This document shows positions 52,500-62,311 of a stretch of DNA of 64,000 bases, in pieces; position 1 is the first letter of the stretch; every line of letters starts with the position of its first letter. Origin of the DNA: Vicinamibacteria bacterium (GTDB lineage: Bacteria > Acidobacteriota > Vicinamibacteria > Marinacidobacterales > Marinacidobacteraceae); the NCBI GenBank assembly GCA_963668695.2, contig CAXXLQ010000004.1, forward strand, positions 512,001-576,000, given 5' to 3'. Position numbers and translations under genes: made by a program. The notes beneath the pieces were generated by a model, which worked only from the letters and a program-made list of their open reading frames with translations, did no database searches and was not told the DNA's origin.

Positions 52500-53099
52500 A
52501 TGTTCGAACTCGTCTATCCCGTGGCGCTGTTCGCGGTCTCGATGTCCATTACCCCCGGACCCAACAACGTCATGGTGACCGCTTCGGGGGCGAACTTCGG
52601 ATACCGGCGGACGATCCCGCATCTCCTGGGAATCGGCCTCGGATTCCCGGCAATGGTTTGCGCGGTCGGGTTCGGTCTCGGGGGCGTCTTCGACGCGGTC
52701 CCCGAGGTACACACCGTCCTCCAGTACGTGGGCTCCGCGTACATCCTCTGGATGGCCTGGAAGATCGCAACGGCCAGCGGGATCAGCCGGGCGCAGCAAA
52801 AACCAGGGCGTCCGCTCACCTTCCTGCAAGCCGCCGGCTTCCAGTGGGTCAACCCGAAGGGCTGGGTGGTCGCGATCGGAGCGATCAGCGCATATACGAC
52901 CCTCCAGGGAGATCTCTTTTTCGAGGTCGGGGTGATCACGCTGACCTTCGCCTGCGTGAACTATCCCTGCGCCTCGCTCTGGACCCTCTTCGGGGTCGGA
53001 ATCGGGCGGCTCCTGAAGCGCGGCAGGTGGCTCCGGATCTTCAACGTGGCAATGGGGCTGCTCCTCGTCACCTCCATCGTGCCCCTGTTCGCCCGCTGA
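52500..53099 (+). CDS. LysE/RhtB family translocator
   Basis: SITPGPNN, Y..WMAWKIA and FQWVNPKGW. Confidence 0.92.
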   Translation: MFELVYPVALFAVSMSITPGPNNVMVTASGANFGYRRTIPHLLGIGLGFPAMVCAVGFGLGGVFDAVPEVHTVLQYVGSAYILWMAWKIATASGISRAQQKPGRPLTFLQAAGFQWVNPKGWVVAIGAISAYTTLQGDLFFEVGVITLTFACVNYPCASLWTLFGVGIGRLLKRGRWLRIFNVAMGLLLVTSIVPLFAR

Positions 53100-53262
53100 G
53101 CCAAAGGAGCGGTCAAGAGTCGGGATCCTGGCCCGGCGCGAGGGGTCCGCCGGCGATCCAGCGCTGGAGACATCCGTTCTCCTCCGGGCCCCTTACCCCT
53201 TCCTCGGGGACATCTCTCCGTGGGAGGGCGTAGCGAGCGGTCTGTTAGGATGCCGGGCTCAT

Positions 53263-54198
53263 ATGGCCACGGTGGAGGGGCGCGGGAATCCGGGCGCGAG
53301 CGCCGACAACCGTCCCGGTCCGCAGGTCCCCAAGGGCCTGTTCGTTCGCTGCGACGGATGCTCGGAGATCGTCTACGGACGGGCGCTCCGCGAGAACCTT
53401 GAGGTCTGTCCGCGTTGTGACTTCCACATGCGGCTCGGGGCGCGCGACCGCATCGAGATGCTCGTGGACGAGGGTGTGTATCGGGAGATCTCGGGGGGCA
53501 TCCGATCCAACGATCCGCTCCGCTTCCGGGACCGGGTGGACTACTGTGACCGGCTCCGCAAGGGAGCCGAAATCACCGGCCTCGACGACGCCATCATCGT
53601 AGTGCGCGCCGAGATCGAGCGGACTCCGGTGGTTCTCGCCGTCATGGAATACGCCTTCATCGGCGGCAGCATGGGCGTCGTGGTCGGCGAGGAGATTGCC
53701 CGGGCGGTGGAAACCGCTTGCGACGCACGCATCCCGCTGATCGTGGTCTCCTGTTCGGGCGGCGCCCGGATGCAGGAAGGCGCGCTTTCGCTGATGCAGA
53801 TGGCGAAGATTGCGTCGGCGCTCGCCGTACTCGACGACGCGGGAGTGCCCTACGTCTCGCTGCTTACCCATCCCACCACCGGGGGAGTCACGGCCAGCTA
53901 CGCGATGCTCGGCGATCTGAACCTCGCCGAGCCCGGAGCCCTGATCGGCTTCGCCGGCCCTCGCGTGATCCAGCAGACGATTCGCGGCGAACTGCCTCCG
54001 GGCTTCCAGCGTTCCGAATTCCTGCTCGACCACGGGATGCTCGACCGGGTGGTCCACCGCCGTGAGCTTCGCGGCGTGCTGGGCGGCCTCCTGCGATTCA
54101 TGTACGAGCCCGCCGGAGCGACGGCTTCAGCGGAGGAGGACACCGCCGCCAAGGTGCAGACCGCACCGGAGCCGGCGCTGGTCCGCGCCGTCCGATAG
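53263..54198 (+). CDS. accD: Acetyl-CoA carboxylase carboxyltransferase beta subunit
   Basis: CDGC...CPRC zinc finger, GGSMG, SGGARMQEG, PTTGGV and GFAGPRVI. Confidence 0.96.
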   Translation: MATVEGRGNPGASADNRPGPQVPKGLFVRCDGCSEIVYGRALRENLEVCPRCDFHMRLGARDRIEMLVDEGVYREISGGIRSNDPLRFRDRVDYCDRLRKGAEITGLDDAIIVVRAEIERTPVVLAVMEYAFIGGSMGVVVGEEIARAVETACDARIPLIVVSCSGGARMQEGALSLMQMAKIASALAVLDDAGVPYVSLLTHPTTGGVTASYAMLGDLNLAEPGALIGFAGPRVIQQTIRGELPPGFQRSEFLLDHGMLDRVVHRRELRGVLGGLLRFMYEPAGATASAEEDTAAKVQTAPEPALVRAVR

Positions 54199-54223
54199 AG
54201 CGGGCGCTCCATCCCGCTCCTGA

Positions 54224-54454
54224 ACAGCCGGTGGACAAAGTCGCGTGGCGTTCGGCCGGCGATCCATCCCGGCTGAACCACGCCGCTTCGCGTCGTTCAT
54301 CGTTCCGCTTCGGCCGAAATACAGCCAGGCCAGTTCTCCCGGTGGGGGCTCCTCCCTCGCGCGCCTTGTCAGCCGGGTTGTCAGCCGGGCGCCTCCCCCC
54401 CACCGGGAGAACCGCGGGCCTCGGCGCTCACGTCACGTTGCCCACCGGCTGTTA
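54224..54454 (-). mobile_element. MITE family A copy, reverse orientation, between accD and folC
   Basis: ACAGCCGGTGG...CCACCGGCTGT ends and reverse core. Confidence 0.85.
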
Positions 54455-54471
54455 ACAGCCGGATCGGTACC

Positions 54472-55884
54472 ATGCAGTACGAGGACGCGCTCGCGTTCCT
54501 CCGGGAACGTGAACAGTTCCACGTCAAGGTAGGTACCCGGAACATCCGGCTGCTCGCCAAGGCGCTCGGCCACCCCGAACGCCGGTTCCCCTCCGTGGTG
54601 GTGGCGGGGACGAACGGGAAGGGGTCCACGGTCGCCATTCTGGACTCGATCCTGCGCGCCCACGGACTGCGGGTGGGACGTTTCACCTCCCCGCATCTCG
54701 TATCCATCAACGAGCGCATCCTGGTGAACGGCCGTCAGCTTCCGAATGAGGAGTTCGCCGACCTGGTGGGGGCGATCGCGTCGGCTGCCCGCGGCCTGCT
54801 TCCGGACCAGCAGCCATCGTTCTTCGAAACGATCACCGGGGCCGCTTTCCTGGCGTTCGCCCGGCACGGGCTCGACGCCGCGGTCTTCGAGGTGGGGATG
54901 GGCGGACGCTGGGACGCCACTACCGCGACCGACGCTCCGCTCGGCCTCGTGACCCGCATCGCGCTCGATCACGAACGCTATCTCGGTCGCACCGTCGCCG
55001 AGATCGCCGGCGAAAAAGGGGCGGTGGCCCGTCCCGGGGGAGAACTGCTGATCGCCCCGCAGGAACCGGAGGCCGCCGCGGTGCTCCACGAGAGCGCCCG
55101 TAAGCGGGGCGCCCGTCCGCGGGACCTGGCCGTCGAAACCGAGACCGACTTCACGATCCTCCGTGCCGGAGCGACGGGTCGGCTCCTTACGCCCGAAGCC
55201 ACTTACGACGATCTCTGGCTCCCGCTCCCGGGGCGCCACCAACTCGACAATCTGGCGCTCGCGGTCCGGGGGGCGGAACGGTTCTTCGCGCGCGAGGAAC
55301 TGGGAACGCTCGACCCCGTGCGGGTCCGTCAGGGCGTCTCCGCGGTCCGCTGGCCGGGCCGGCTCGAGTGGTTGCCCCGAGAGGGCGCTCGTCCACGCGT
55401 GCTCCTCGATGCCGCCCACAATCCCAGCGGCGCCGAGCGGCTGGCCGACTACCTGGGTTCCCTCGGCCGGAACGGCCGGCGGGTGCTGGTCTTCGGAGCG
55501 ATGCGCGACAAACGCGTCGAGGGGATGTTGCCCCCCCTGGCGCCGCACTTCCAGCGGGTGGTGCTGACCGCCGCCGCCAACCGCCGGGCCCTCTCCGCCG
55601 CTGACCTGCGAGTGCGAGCAACCAGCGAAGCGGTGTTTTCCGCGAACGGAACCCGCTGCGAGGCCGTGGAGCAGGTCCCGGACGCGCTCGCGCGCGCCTT
55701 CCGGCTCGCCGGTGAGTCAGGCGAGGTCGTGATCGCCGGATCCATCTACCTCCTCGGGGACGCTCTCAAGACGCTGCGATCGGAGGAAGGCGACGGCATT
55801 GACCAGAGCGTGATCGAGATGCCGGTGGTCCCGACGGATCGGGTCAGCCAGGCGGGAACCGATCGACAGACCTCAGCGGCCTGA
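54472..55884 (+). CDS. folC: Folylpolyglutamate synthase/dihydrofolate synthase
   Basis: AGTNGKGS, FTSPHL, EVGMGGRWDAT, WPGRLE, LDAAHN and GSIYL. Confidence 0.95.
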   Translation: MQYEDALAFLREREQFHVKVGTRNIRLLAKALGHPERRFPSVVVAGTNGKGSTVAILDSILRAHGLRVGRFTSPHLVSINERILVNGRQLPNEEFADLVGAIASAARGLLPDQQPSFFETITGAAFLAFARHGLDAAVFEVGMGGRWDATTATDAPLGLVTRIALDHERYLGRTVAEIAGEKGAVARPGGELLIAPQEPEAAAVLHESARKRGARPRDLAVETETDFTILRAGATGRLLTPEATYDDLWLPLPGRHQLDNLALAVRGAERFFAREELGTLDPVRVRQGVSAVRWPGRLEWLPREGARPRVLLDAAHNPSGAERLADYLGSLGRNGRRVLVFGAMRDKRVEGMLPPLAPHFQRVVLTAAANRRALSAADLRVRATSEAVFSANGTRCEAVEQVPDALARAFRLAGESGEVVIAGSIYLLGDALKTLRSEEGDGIDQSVIEMPVVPTDRVSQAGTDRQTSAA

Positions 55885-55929
55885 CCGCCGTACACTCCCC
55901 GCGCCTGAACCGCCCGTGTTCTCCATCTG

Positions 55930-57699
55930 ATGCGCCTTTCCCACCATTTCGGCCTCACGCTCCGTGAAGCGCCGGCCGGCATTGAAGCCGAGAGCCACCG
56001 GTTCCTGCTGCGGGCCGGTTTCATCCGGCAACTCGGGCAGGGTCTGTATTCCTACCTGCCGCTCGCGCACCGATCCATCACCCGGATCGAGAACATCCTG
56101 CGCGAGGAAATGAACCGGATCGGCGGGCAGGAAATGACCATGCCGGTCGTCCACCCGGCCGAAATCTGGCGCCGGTCGGGTCGCTACGACGCCGTCGGCC
56201 CCGAAATGGCGCGGTTCAAGGACCGGAAGAACAGTGACCTCGTCCTCGCCATGACCCACGAGGAGGTGGTGGCCGACCTCTGCCGGACCGAAATCCGTTC
56301 CCACCGGCAGCTTCCGCAGCTCGTCTACCACATCCAGACCAAGTTCCGGGACGACCCCCGCCCCCGGGCCGGACTCATCCGGGTCCGCGAGTTCACCATG
56401 AAGGACTCCTACACCCTCGACCACGACGCCGCGGGTCTGGCTCGGCAGTACCGCGCCCACTACGAGGCGTACTTCCGCATCTTCGGCCGGTGCGGACTGC
56501 CCACCATCGCCGTCGGCTCCGACGTCGGGATGATGGGTGGCAGCCAGGCGCACGAGTTCATGTACCTCACGCCGGTGGGCGAGGACACCCTGGTGCTCTG
56601 CGACGCCTGCGGCTATTCCGCCAACCGCCAGATCGCCCGCTTCTCGAAGGCGCCGGCGGAACCCGAAACGCCGCTTCCCCTCGAACGGGTCGCGACGCCG
56701 GGAGCCCGGACGATCCGCGAGCTGGCGGAGTTCCTCAAGGTCCCGGCGGCGCGGACCGCGAAGGCCGTGTTCCTCACCGCCGGCCTCGACGGCGGCGCCC
56801 GCGAGGAACTGGTGGTCGCCATCGTCCGCGGCGACATGGACGTCAACGAGACGAAGCTCGCGAACGCGGTCGAGGCTTCCTGGCTCCGTCCGGCGGAGGA
56901 CGAGGCGATCCGGAGCGCCGGCGCTACCCCGGGATACGCCTCCCCGATCGGGCTCAGCTCGGGCACGGTGGTGGTGGACGATGGGGTCCCGGCATCACCG
57001 AACCTGGTGGCGGGGGCGAACGAGCAGGACGTGCACTTCCGGAACGTGAACGCGGGACGGGACTACGACCCCGGACTGGTAACCGACATCGCGGTGGCGG
57101 AGGACGGCCATTCCTGCGTGGAATGCGGAGAGCCGCTCCGCACTTCCCGCGGCGTCGAGGTCGGCAATATCTTCCAGCTCGGCACCCGCTACGGGGACGC
57201 CGCCGGGGCTCGCTTCCTCGACGAATCGGGAGCCGAACGCCCTATCTGGATGGGCTCCTACGGCATCGGCTCGGGACGCCTGCTGGCATGTGTAGCGGAA
57301 GAACATCACGACGAAAACGGCCTCTGCTGGCCGATGAGCGTCTCTCCCTATGACGTTCACCTCATTCCGCTCGTCGGACGTTCGGCCGAGCAGGATGAAG
57401 CCGGACGGCAGGCGGAACGACTGCACGACAGTCTTGAGGAAGCGGGATTCGAAGTACTGCTCGACGACCGGGACGAGCGCGCGGGGGTGAAGTTCGCGGA
57501 CGCCGATCTGATCGGGATTCCGCTGCGGGTGGTGATCTCCCGCCGGTCCCTGGACCGGGGCGGCGTGGAAGTTCGGGTGCGGGGAGGGGAATCCGCGGAA
57601 ATCGTGCCGCTGGAGCACCTCGCGGAAGCCCTCGCATCACGCCGGGCGGAACTCCTGGGCCGCATCGAGGCAGCGGTCCGGATCCCGGAATTCGGCTGA
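55930..57699 (+). CDS. proS: Proline--tRNA ligase (bacterial type with editing domain)
   Basis: LAMTHEE, KFRDDPRPRAGLIRVREFTMKD, GNIFQLGT, MGSYGIG and GVKFADADLIG. Confidence 0.97.
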   Translation: MRLSHHFGLTLREAPAGIEAESHRFLLRAGFIRQLGQGLYSYLPLAHRSITRIENILREEMNRIGGQEMTMPVVHPAEIWRRSGRYDAVGPEMARFKDRKNSDLVLAMTHEEVVADLCRTEIRSHRQLPQLVYHIQTKFRDDPRPRAGLIRVREFTMKDSYTLDHDAAGLARQYRAHYEAYFRIFGRCGLPTIAVGSDVGMMGGSQAHEFMYLTPVGEDTLVLCDACGYSANRQIARFSKAPAEPETPLPLERVATPGARTIRELAEFLKVPAARTAKAVFLTAGLDGGAREELVVAIVRGDMDVNETKLANAVEASWLRPAEDEAIRSAGATPGYASPIGLSSGTVVVDDGVPASPNLVAGANEQDVHFRNVNAGRDYDPGLVTDIAVAEDGHSCVECGEPLRTSRGVEVGNIFQLGTRYGDAAGARFLDESGAERPIWMGSYGIGSGRLLACVAEEHHDENGLCWPMSVSPYDVHLIPLVGRSAEQDEAGRQAERLHDSLEEAGFEVLLDDRDERAGVKFADADLIGIPLRVVISRRSLDRGGVEVRVRGGESAEIVPLEHLAEALASRRAELLGRIEAAVRIPEFG

Positions 57700-57711
57700 C
57701 GTACGGAGGGT

Positions 57712-57896
57712 TAACAGCCTGTGGATAAAGTGACGTGAGCACCGAGGCCGGTGAGGCGCCCGGCTGACAAGGCGCGCGAGGGAGGAATACCGAGTGTATT
57801 TCGACCGATGTGCAACGCAGAGCGTCGCGAAGCGGCGCGGTTCAGCCGGGATGCATCGCCGGTCGAATGCCGCGTGACTTTGTCCACAGGCTGTTA
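57712..57896 (+). mobile_element. MITE family A copy
   Basis: TA-ACAGCCTGTGG...CCACAGGCTGT-TA. Confidence 0.88.
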
Positions 57897-57908
57897 GCAG
57901 GGCAGCCA

Positions 57909-59324
57909 GTGCTCCAACCCGTTTCCGTCCCGCTGATCGTCCTCGCACTGCTTTCGGCCGGCTGCCTCTACGGACTGATCGTTCGACCTCTCTGGCAGCG
58001 GCGCCGAGAGCGGCGGAACTCCTACGCGTTCCACGACGCGCAGGGCCGGCTGGCCATCCAGCCTTCGGCGTTCCAGCTCCTGAAACCAACGAGCACCGCC
58101 GACCTGCTGATGGTGGACCCGCTCGTTCAGGAAGCGATCCTCCAGGAGACCGAGCGGAGCGGTACCGACCCGTGCGACGTGCTGGTGCAGGCGCGGGGTT
58201 ACGCCCGGGAGATCGTTCCGTCGCTGAGCGCCGGCTTCTACTTCCGCCTCATCCACGGACCCGTGAAGCGATGGATGCTCCGGCTCTTCCGGGTCCGGGT
58301 GCGGTACCTGGACGAGGAAGCGATCGTGCGGGCGGCCAGAACCTCAACGCCGGTCTTTGTCCTGAATCACCGCAGCAATCTCGACTACGTGATCGCCGCC
58401 ACTTCGCTCGCCGACCGGGCCATCCTCTCGTTCGCGGTGGGCGAATGGGCGCGTTACTGGCCGCTTGAAGGGCTGCTCCGCGCCCTCGGCGGCTTCTTCG
58501 TCCGACGGGGGTCGGGCAATCCGCTCTACCGGGCCGTCCTCGCCGCCCACGTCAAGACCGCGACTCGCGCCGGAGTCCCGCAGGCGTTCTTCATCGAGGG
58601 CCGCTTTTCCGATGACGGGAGGCTGGGGAGTCCCCGCCTCGGCCTGCTCGACTACGCCGTCCGGGCCTTCGATCCGGAGTCGCGGCGCGATGTGGCGTTC
58701 GTCCCGGTGGCGGTGAACTACGACCGGGTCATCGAGGACAAGAACCTCCAGATCATGAAGGCTCAGGGCAAACGCGCCACCCGGACCGGATCGTGGCGAG
58801 CTACCGCCGCCTTTCTCGGCCACCAGCTCTGGCTGCGCCTCAACCGCCGCTGGCGGCCCTTCGGCTACGCCACCCTCAGCGTGGGCGAACCGGTATCGCT
58901 CAGGGACTGGCTCGCGAGCCGGGACTTCGACCCCCGGGAAGCCGACCGCGGGGAACGCTTCCAGGAGGTCGGATGTCTCGCCGAACACCTCATGCGGCGC
59001 ATCGCCGAAATCATGCCGGTGCTGCCGGTCCCGCTGATGGCGACGGTGATCCGGAACGGGGGAGAGGAGGGAATCACGCGGGCCGAGGCGCGCGCCGCCG
59101 CCTTCAAAATCCTCGAGACGCTCGCGGTCCGCCCCGGCGAGCCGGACATCCCTCCCGAGGATTGGGAGCCGGCGGTCGAACTTGGGCTCCAGCTCCTGAT
59201 CCAGCGGCAGATGGTGAAAGCCGAGCGGGAAAGGCTCACCATCGTCGAGCCGCGCCGCCACTTCGTGAACTACTACGCGAACAGCATCGCGCACCTGGTG
59301 CCCGAACGGGCCGGGGTTCCGTAG
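57909..59324 (+). CDS. PlsB/PlsC-family glycerol-3-phosphate acyltransferase
   Basis: NHRSNLD (HxxxxD), FFVRR, FFIEG and FVPVAVNYD; GTG start inferred. Confidence 0.85.
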   Translation: MLQPVSVPLIVLALLSAGCLYGLIVRPLWQRRRERRNSYAFHDAQGRLAIQPSAFQLLKPTSTADLLMVDPLVQEAILQETERSGTDPCDVLVQARGYAREIVPSLSAGFYFRLIHGPVKRWMLRLFRVRVRYLDEEAIVRAARTSTPVFVLNHRSNLDYVIAATSLADRAILSFAVGEWARYWPLEGLLRALGGFFVRRGSGNPLYRAVLAAHVKTATRAGVPQAFFIEGRFSDDGRLGSPRLGLLDYAVRAFDPESRRDVAFVPVAVNYDRVIEDKNLQIMKAQGKRATRTGSWRATAAFLGHQLWLRLNRRWRPFGYATLSVGEPVSLRDWLASRDFDPREADRGERFQEVGCLAEHLMRRIAEIMPVLPVPLMATVIRNGGEEGITRAEARAAAFKILETLAVRPGEPDIPPEDWEPAVELGLQLLIQRQMVKAERERLTIVEPRRHFVNYYANSIAHLVPERAGVP

Positions 59325-59349
59325 GAATCCCGCCGAGTTTGGGGCGGCT

Positions 59350-60582
59350 TCAGGGAAGCCTCATCCTTGGCAGTCGCCCGTAGGTGAGCGTCCGCCACGC
59401 CCATTCCAGCGGCCCGTAGGAAAACCGGCGCAGCCAGATCGGCGACAGCCACAACTGGAGCGCCCACACCGCGAAGACGACCAGGAGCTGCTGGTACCTC
59501 TCCACGCGGCCGTAAAGACCCAGCCCGTGGCCGTAGAAGATCGAGGTGCAGAGCACCGTCTGGAGCAGGTAGTTCGTGAAGGCCATCCGTCCGACCGCGG
59601 CCAACCGCGCCTGGAGGTCCGGGAGGATTCCCCGCCGGACGGCGAGCATCACCAGGCCCAGATACCCGAGCGCCATCGGGACACATCCCCACGTGTTGAA
59701 CAGCTCACCGAAGAACATCGAGCGCTGCCAGCTCCAGTCGCCGGCAAAGTTCCACCAGATGCCGAAAGCGACGAGCGGCGCGCCGGCGAGCAGTCCAACC
59801 GCGGTGAGTCTCCGGTAGAAGCGATCGTCCTTCGCGGCGCTCAGGACTCCCCATTTGTAGAGCGCCATGCCGATCAGCATCAGGCCGCCGCAGAACCAGA
59901 GGACGAAGAACGGCACCGTGCCGAGATGGATGCCGAGCGCCTGCTCCATCCGCAGCGGCTGCTGCCCGCTCCACCCGCCTCGGTAAGCCGCGATCTCGGC
60001 GTCGAGTGCGGACGAATCCGGCGCCCACTCCATCTCGACCTCCTGGGTTACCTCCTCCGGAAGGCCCGGAACCAGCAGGGCGGCGCCGACAAGCAGAAAC
60101 ACCAGGCTCGTCACCGAGAAGAGCGCCGACCCGGCGACCAGCAGCGTCCGCGGCCGCCAGCGGCGCGCCAGATACACCAGACAACCGCAGACCGCGTACG
60201 GCACCAGGATGTCGCCGACCCAGAGGAGGTAAGCGTGGGCCAGTCCGAACGCCAGCAGCCAACCCATGCGGCGGTAGTGCCAGACCGCCGGCCGCCCGCC
60301 CCGGGCCTCGATCCGGTCGGCGAAGAGACAGATTCCGGCGCCGAACAGAAGGGAAAAGAGCGTGAGGAACTTCTGGCTGGCGAGCAGTTGACTCAGGGTC
60401 CAGACGCCAAGGTTGATCCCCGAGAGGTCGCCCCAGGCCGTCGGGTTGCCGTACGCCGCGATCGGCATCGCGAAGAGCTGGATGTTCATCACCAGGATGC
60501 CGAGCAGCGCGAAGCCGCGCAGCACGTCCAGGCTCTTGATCCGGGAGCCGACTTCGGTCGGCTTCGCCGGAGGGTCGCTCAC
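59350..60582 (-). CDS. DUF418 (YeiB-like) membrane protein
   Basis: RI.SLDVLRGFALLGIL, GDIL..YA, GRMAFTNYLLQ and GPLEWAWR.LTY. Confidence 0.92.
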   Translation of the reverse strand: MSDPPAKPTEVGSRIKSLDVLRGFALLGILVMNIQLFAMPIAAYGNPTAWGDLSGINLGVWTLSQLLASQKFLTLFSLLFGAGICLFADRIEARGGRPAVWHYRRMGWLLAFGLAHAYLLWVGDILVPYAVCGCLVYLARRWRPRTLLVAGSALFSVTSLVFLLVGAALLVPGLPEEVTQEVEMEWAPDSSALDAEIAAYRGGWSGQQPLRMEQALGIHLGTVPFFVLWFCGGLMLIGMALYKWGVLSAAKDDRFYRRLTAVGLLAGAPLVAFGIWWNFAGDWSWQRSMFFGELFNTWGCVPMALGYLGLVMLAVRRGILPDLQARLAAVGRMAFTNYLLQTVLCTSIFYGHGLGLYGRVERYQQLLVVFAVWALQLWLSPIWLRRFSYGPLEWAWRTLTYGRLPRMRLP

Positions 60583-60583
60583 A

Positions 60584-61261
60584 TCAGGTTTCTGAGGAGT
60601 CCGCCCGCTGGACGCCGCGATAGAGCCAGGCGGCAAACGGAGTCGCGATCGCCGCCCCGAGGATCTCCATCAGCACGAACGCCGGGGCGTCGAGCGGACG
60701 GATCCCGCAGAAGGTGTCGGTGAAGCTCCGCGCCAGGGTGACCGCCGGATTCGCGAAGGAAGTGGAGGCGGTGAACCAGCAGGCCGCGAAGATGTAAATC
60801 CCTACGGCCGCCGCCACCGCCTGTGGGCGGACCTTGATGCAGCCGAAGATGGTCAGGATCAGACCGAAGGTGGCTACGACTTCCGAGACCCACTGGCCGG
60901 GACCGGTGCGGACCTGGGTCGCGACCTGAATGAGCGGCAGGTCGAACATCAGGTGCGTCACGAGCATTCCGACAAGGCCGCCGGCCGCCTGCACCACGAC
61001 GTAGAGCCCGGCGTCCCGCCCGGAGATCTCCCGCCGGAGCAGGAATGCCAGGGTGACGGCGGGATTGATGTGACAACCCGACACCGGGGCGAACAGCCAG
61101 ATGAGGACGACGAGAGCGGCGCCGATGGCGGCAGTGCAGCCGATGAGCGCGACGCCATCGTTCCCGGCCGACAGGTTGTCGGCCATGATGCCGGAACCGA
61201 TGATTGCGACGAGCAGCCCCGCGGTCCCGAGGAACTCGGCGGCGAGGCGCCGGGTCAGCAT
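60584..61261 (-). CDS. MIP/aquaporin family channel
   Basis: AEFLGT, HINPAVT and STSFANPAVT. Confidence 0.9.
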   Translation of the reverse strand: MLTRRLAAEFLGTAGLLVAIIGSGIMADNLSAGNDGVALIGCTAAIGAALVVLIWLFAPVSGCHINPAVTLAFLLRREISGRDAGLYVVVQAAGGLVGMLVTHLMFDLPLIQVATQVRTGPGQWVSEVVATFGLILTIFGCIKVRPQAVAAAVGIYIFAACWFTASTSFANPAVTLARSFTDTFCGIRPLDAPAFVLMEILGAAIATPFAAWLYRGVQRADSSET

Positions 61262-61316
61262 GGGAATCACTCCGGCCGGATGGCAGTCCCGGAGCCCGGC
61301 GCGTCCGCGGGAGGAA

Positions 61317-62252
61317 TCAGCCGAGCAGGCTCAGATCGGCACGCCCGTCGCGGATCGGGGGACACCAGAAGTACGCGCCGGTCACCGGCCTCGTGAACCG
61401 GAACAGGTGATCCACGATCCGGTCCGAAGCCCCGACCATCCGGGAGAGGTGGTATTCGAAAGCGTCGAGCGTGTTGCCGAAGGCTACGAACACGAGACCG
61501 GCCCGCTGCGCGTCCGCCCAGGGCATGGAGCGGCGGAGCAGAAAGGCGGGCGGGTCGGGGGCTTCCTGTTCGGTGCGTTTCACGTGGGCCGCGTCCGGCC
61601 CGTCCTCGAGTTCCACATTGTCGCTCTTTCGCCGGCCGATGATGTGGTCTTGTGTCTGCGAGGAAAAGGATTCGAAGCGGTCGAGGTCGTGGACCCACTG
61701 CTGCACCGCCACGAAGGAGGACCCGTCGAGCCCGGGGCCGTGGCCGGCGACCAGCGCCGCCTCCGCGGCGTCATCTCCCTTCGGGTTCTCGGTTCCGTCC
61801 TCGTAGCCGGTGAGATCGAGGCCGGTCCGGTAGCGAAAGGCGTCCACCACCGAGTCCAGGACGAAGGCGCCGGAAAGCGCCTTTTCCACCCGGCGCGTCT
61901 CGTGGACGAGTTCGCCCCGTTCCTCGGCCCGGAGCCAGAGCCAGAGTTCGGCCGGGGTCGCAGGAACGCTGAATCCGGGTCCGCTGGACGCCGGGACGTC
62001 CCGAAGTCCGGGGACCGCGGCCCCCAGCTCGCGCACCAGCGACTGGCCCAGGCCGAAGACGAGCGGCAGTCCGGGATGGGGATCGGCGAGCCGCTCGAGG
62101 GCTTCGCGCGGGCTGGGCGCCGAGGGGCGGCGGCGGAAGGTGAGGTAGCGCGCGTGGGACGGGATTTCGGCCAGCACGCCGGGCTGGGGAAGGGACGACT
62201 GCGATCCGGATTGGGGTCCCCTGTTCATTCGTTCGTTCATTCTCTTGTTCAA
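61317..62252 (-). CDS. Dye-decolorizing (DyP-type) peroxidase
   Basis: DLTGYEDGTENP, QQWVHDL, IIGR, AHV and LRRSMP. Confidence 0.92.
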   Translation of the reverse strand: MNKRMNERMNRGPQSGSQSSLPQPGVLAEIPSHARYLTFRRRPSAPSPREALERLADPHPGLPLVFGLGQSLVRELGAAVPGLRDVPASSGPGFSVPATPAELWLWLRAEERGELVHETRRVEKALSGAFVLDSVVDAFRYRTGLDLTGYEDGTENPKGDDAAEAALVAGHGPGLDGSSFVAVQQWVHDLDRFESFSSQTQDHIIGRRKSDNVELEDGPDAAHVKRTEQEAPDPPAFLLRRSMPWADAQRAGLVFVAFGNTLDAFEYHLSRMVGASDRIVDHLFRFTRPVTGAYFWCPPIRDGRADLSLLG

Positions 62253-62311
62253 AGAAAGGTAGCGTGCTGACTACGCTCGGGTCTCTCGCGACGGCGTCCG
62301 TCGGCTGGACG

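Noticed and set aside
61317-61350. Encapsulin cargo-loading peptide on DyP
   Set aside because: The C-terminus ADLSLLG lacks the GSLxIGSL-type motif, and no encapsulin gene is adjacent.
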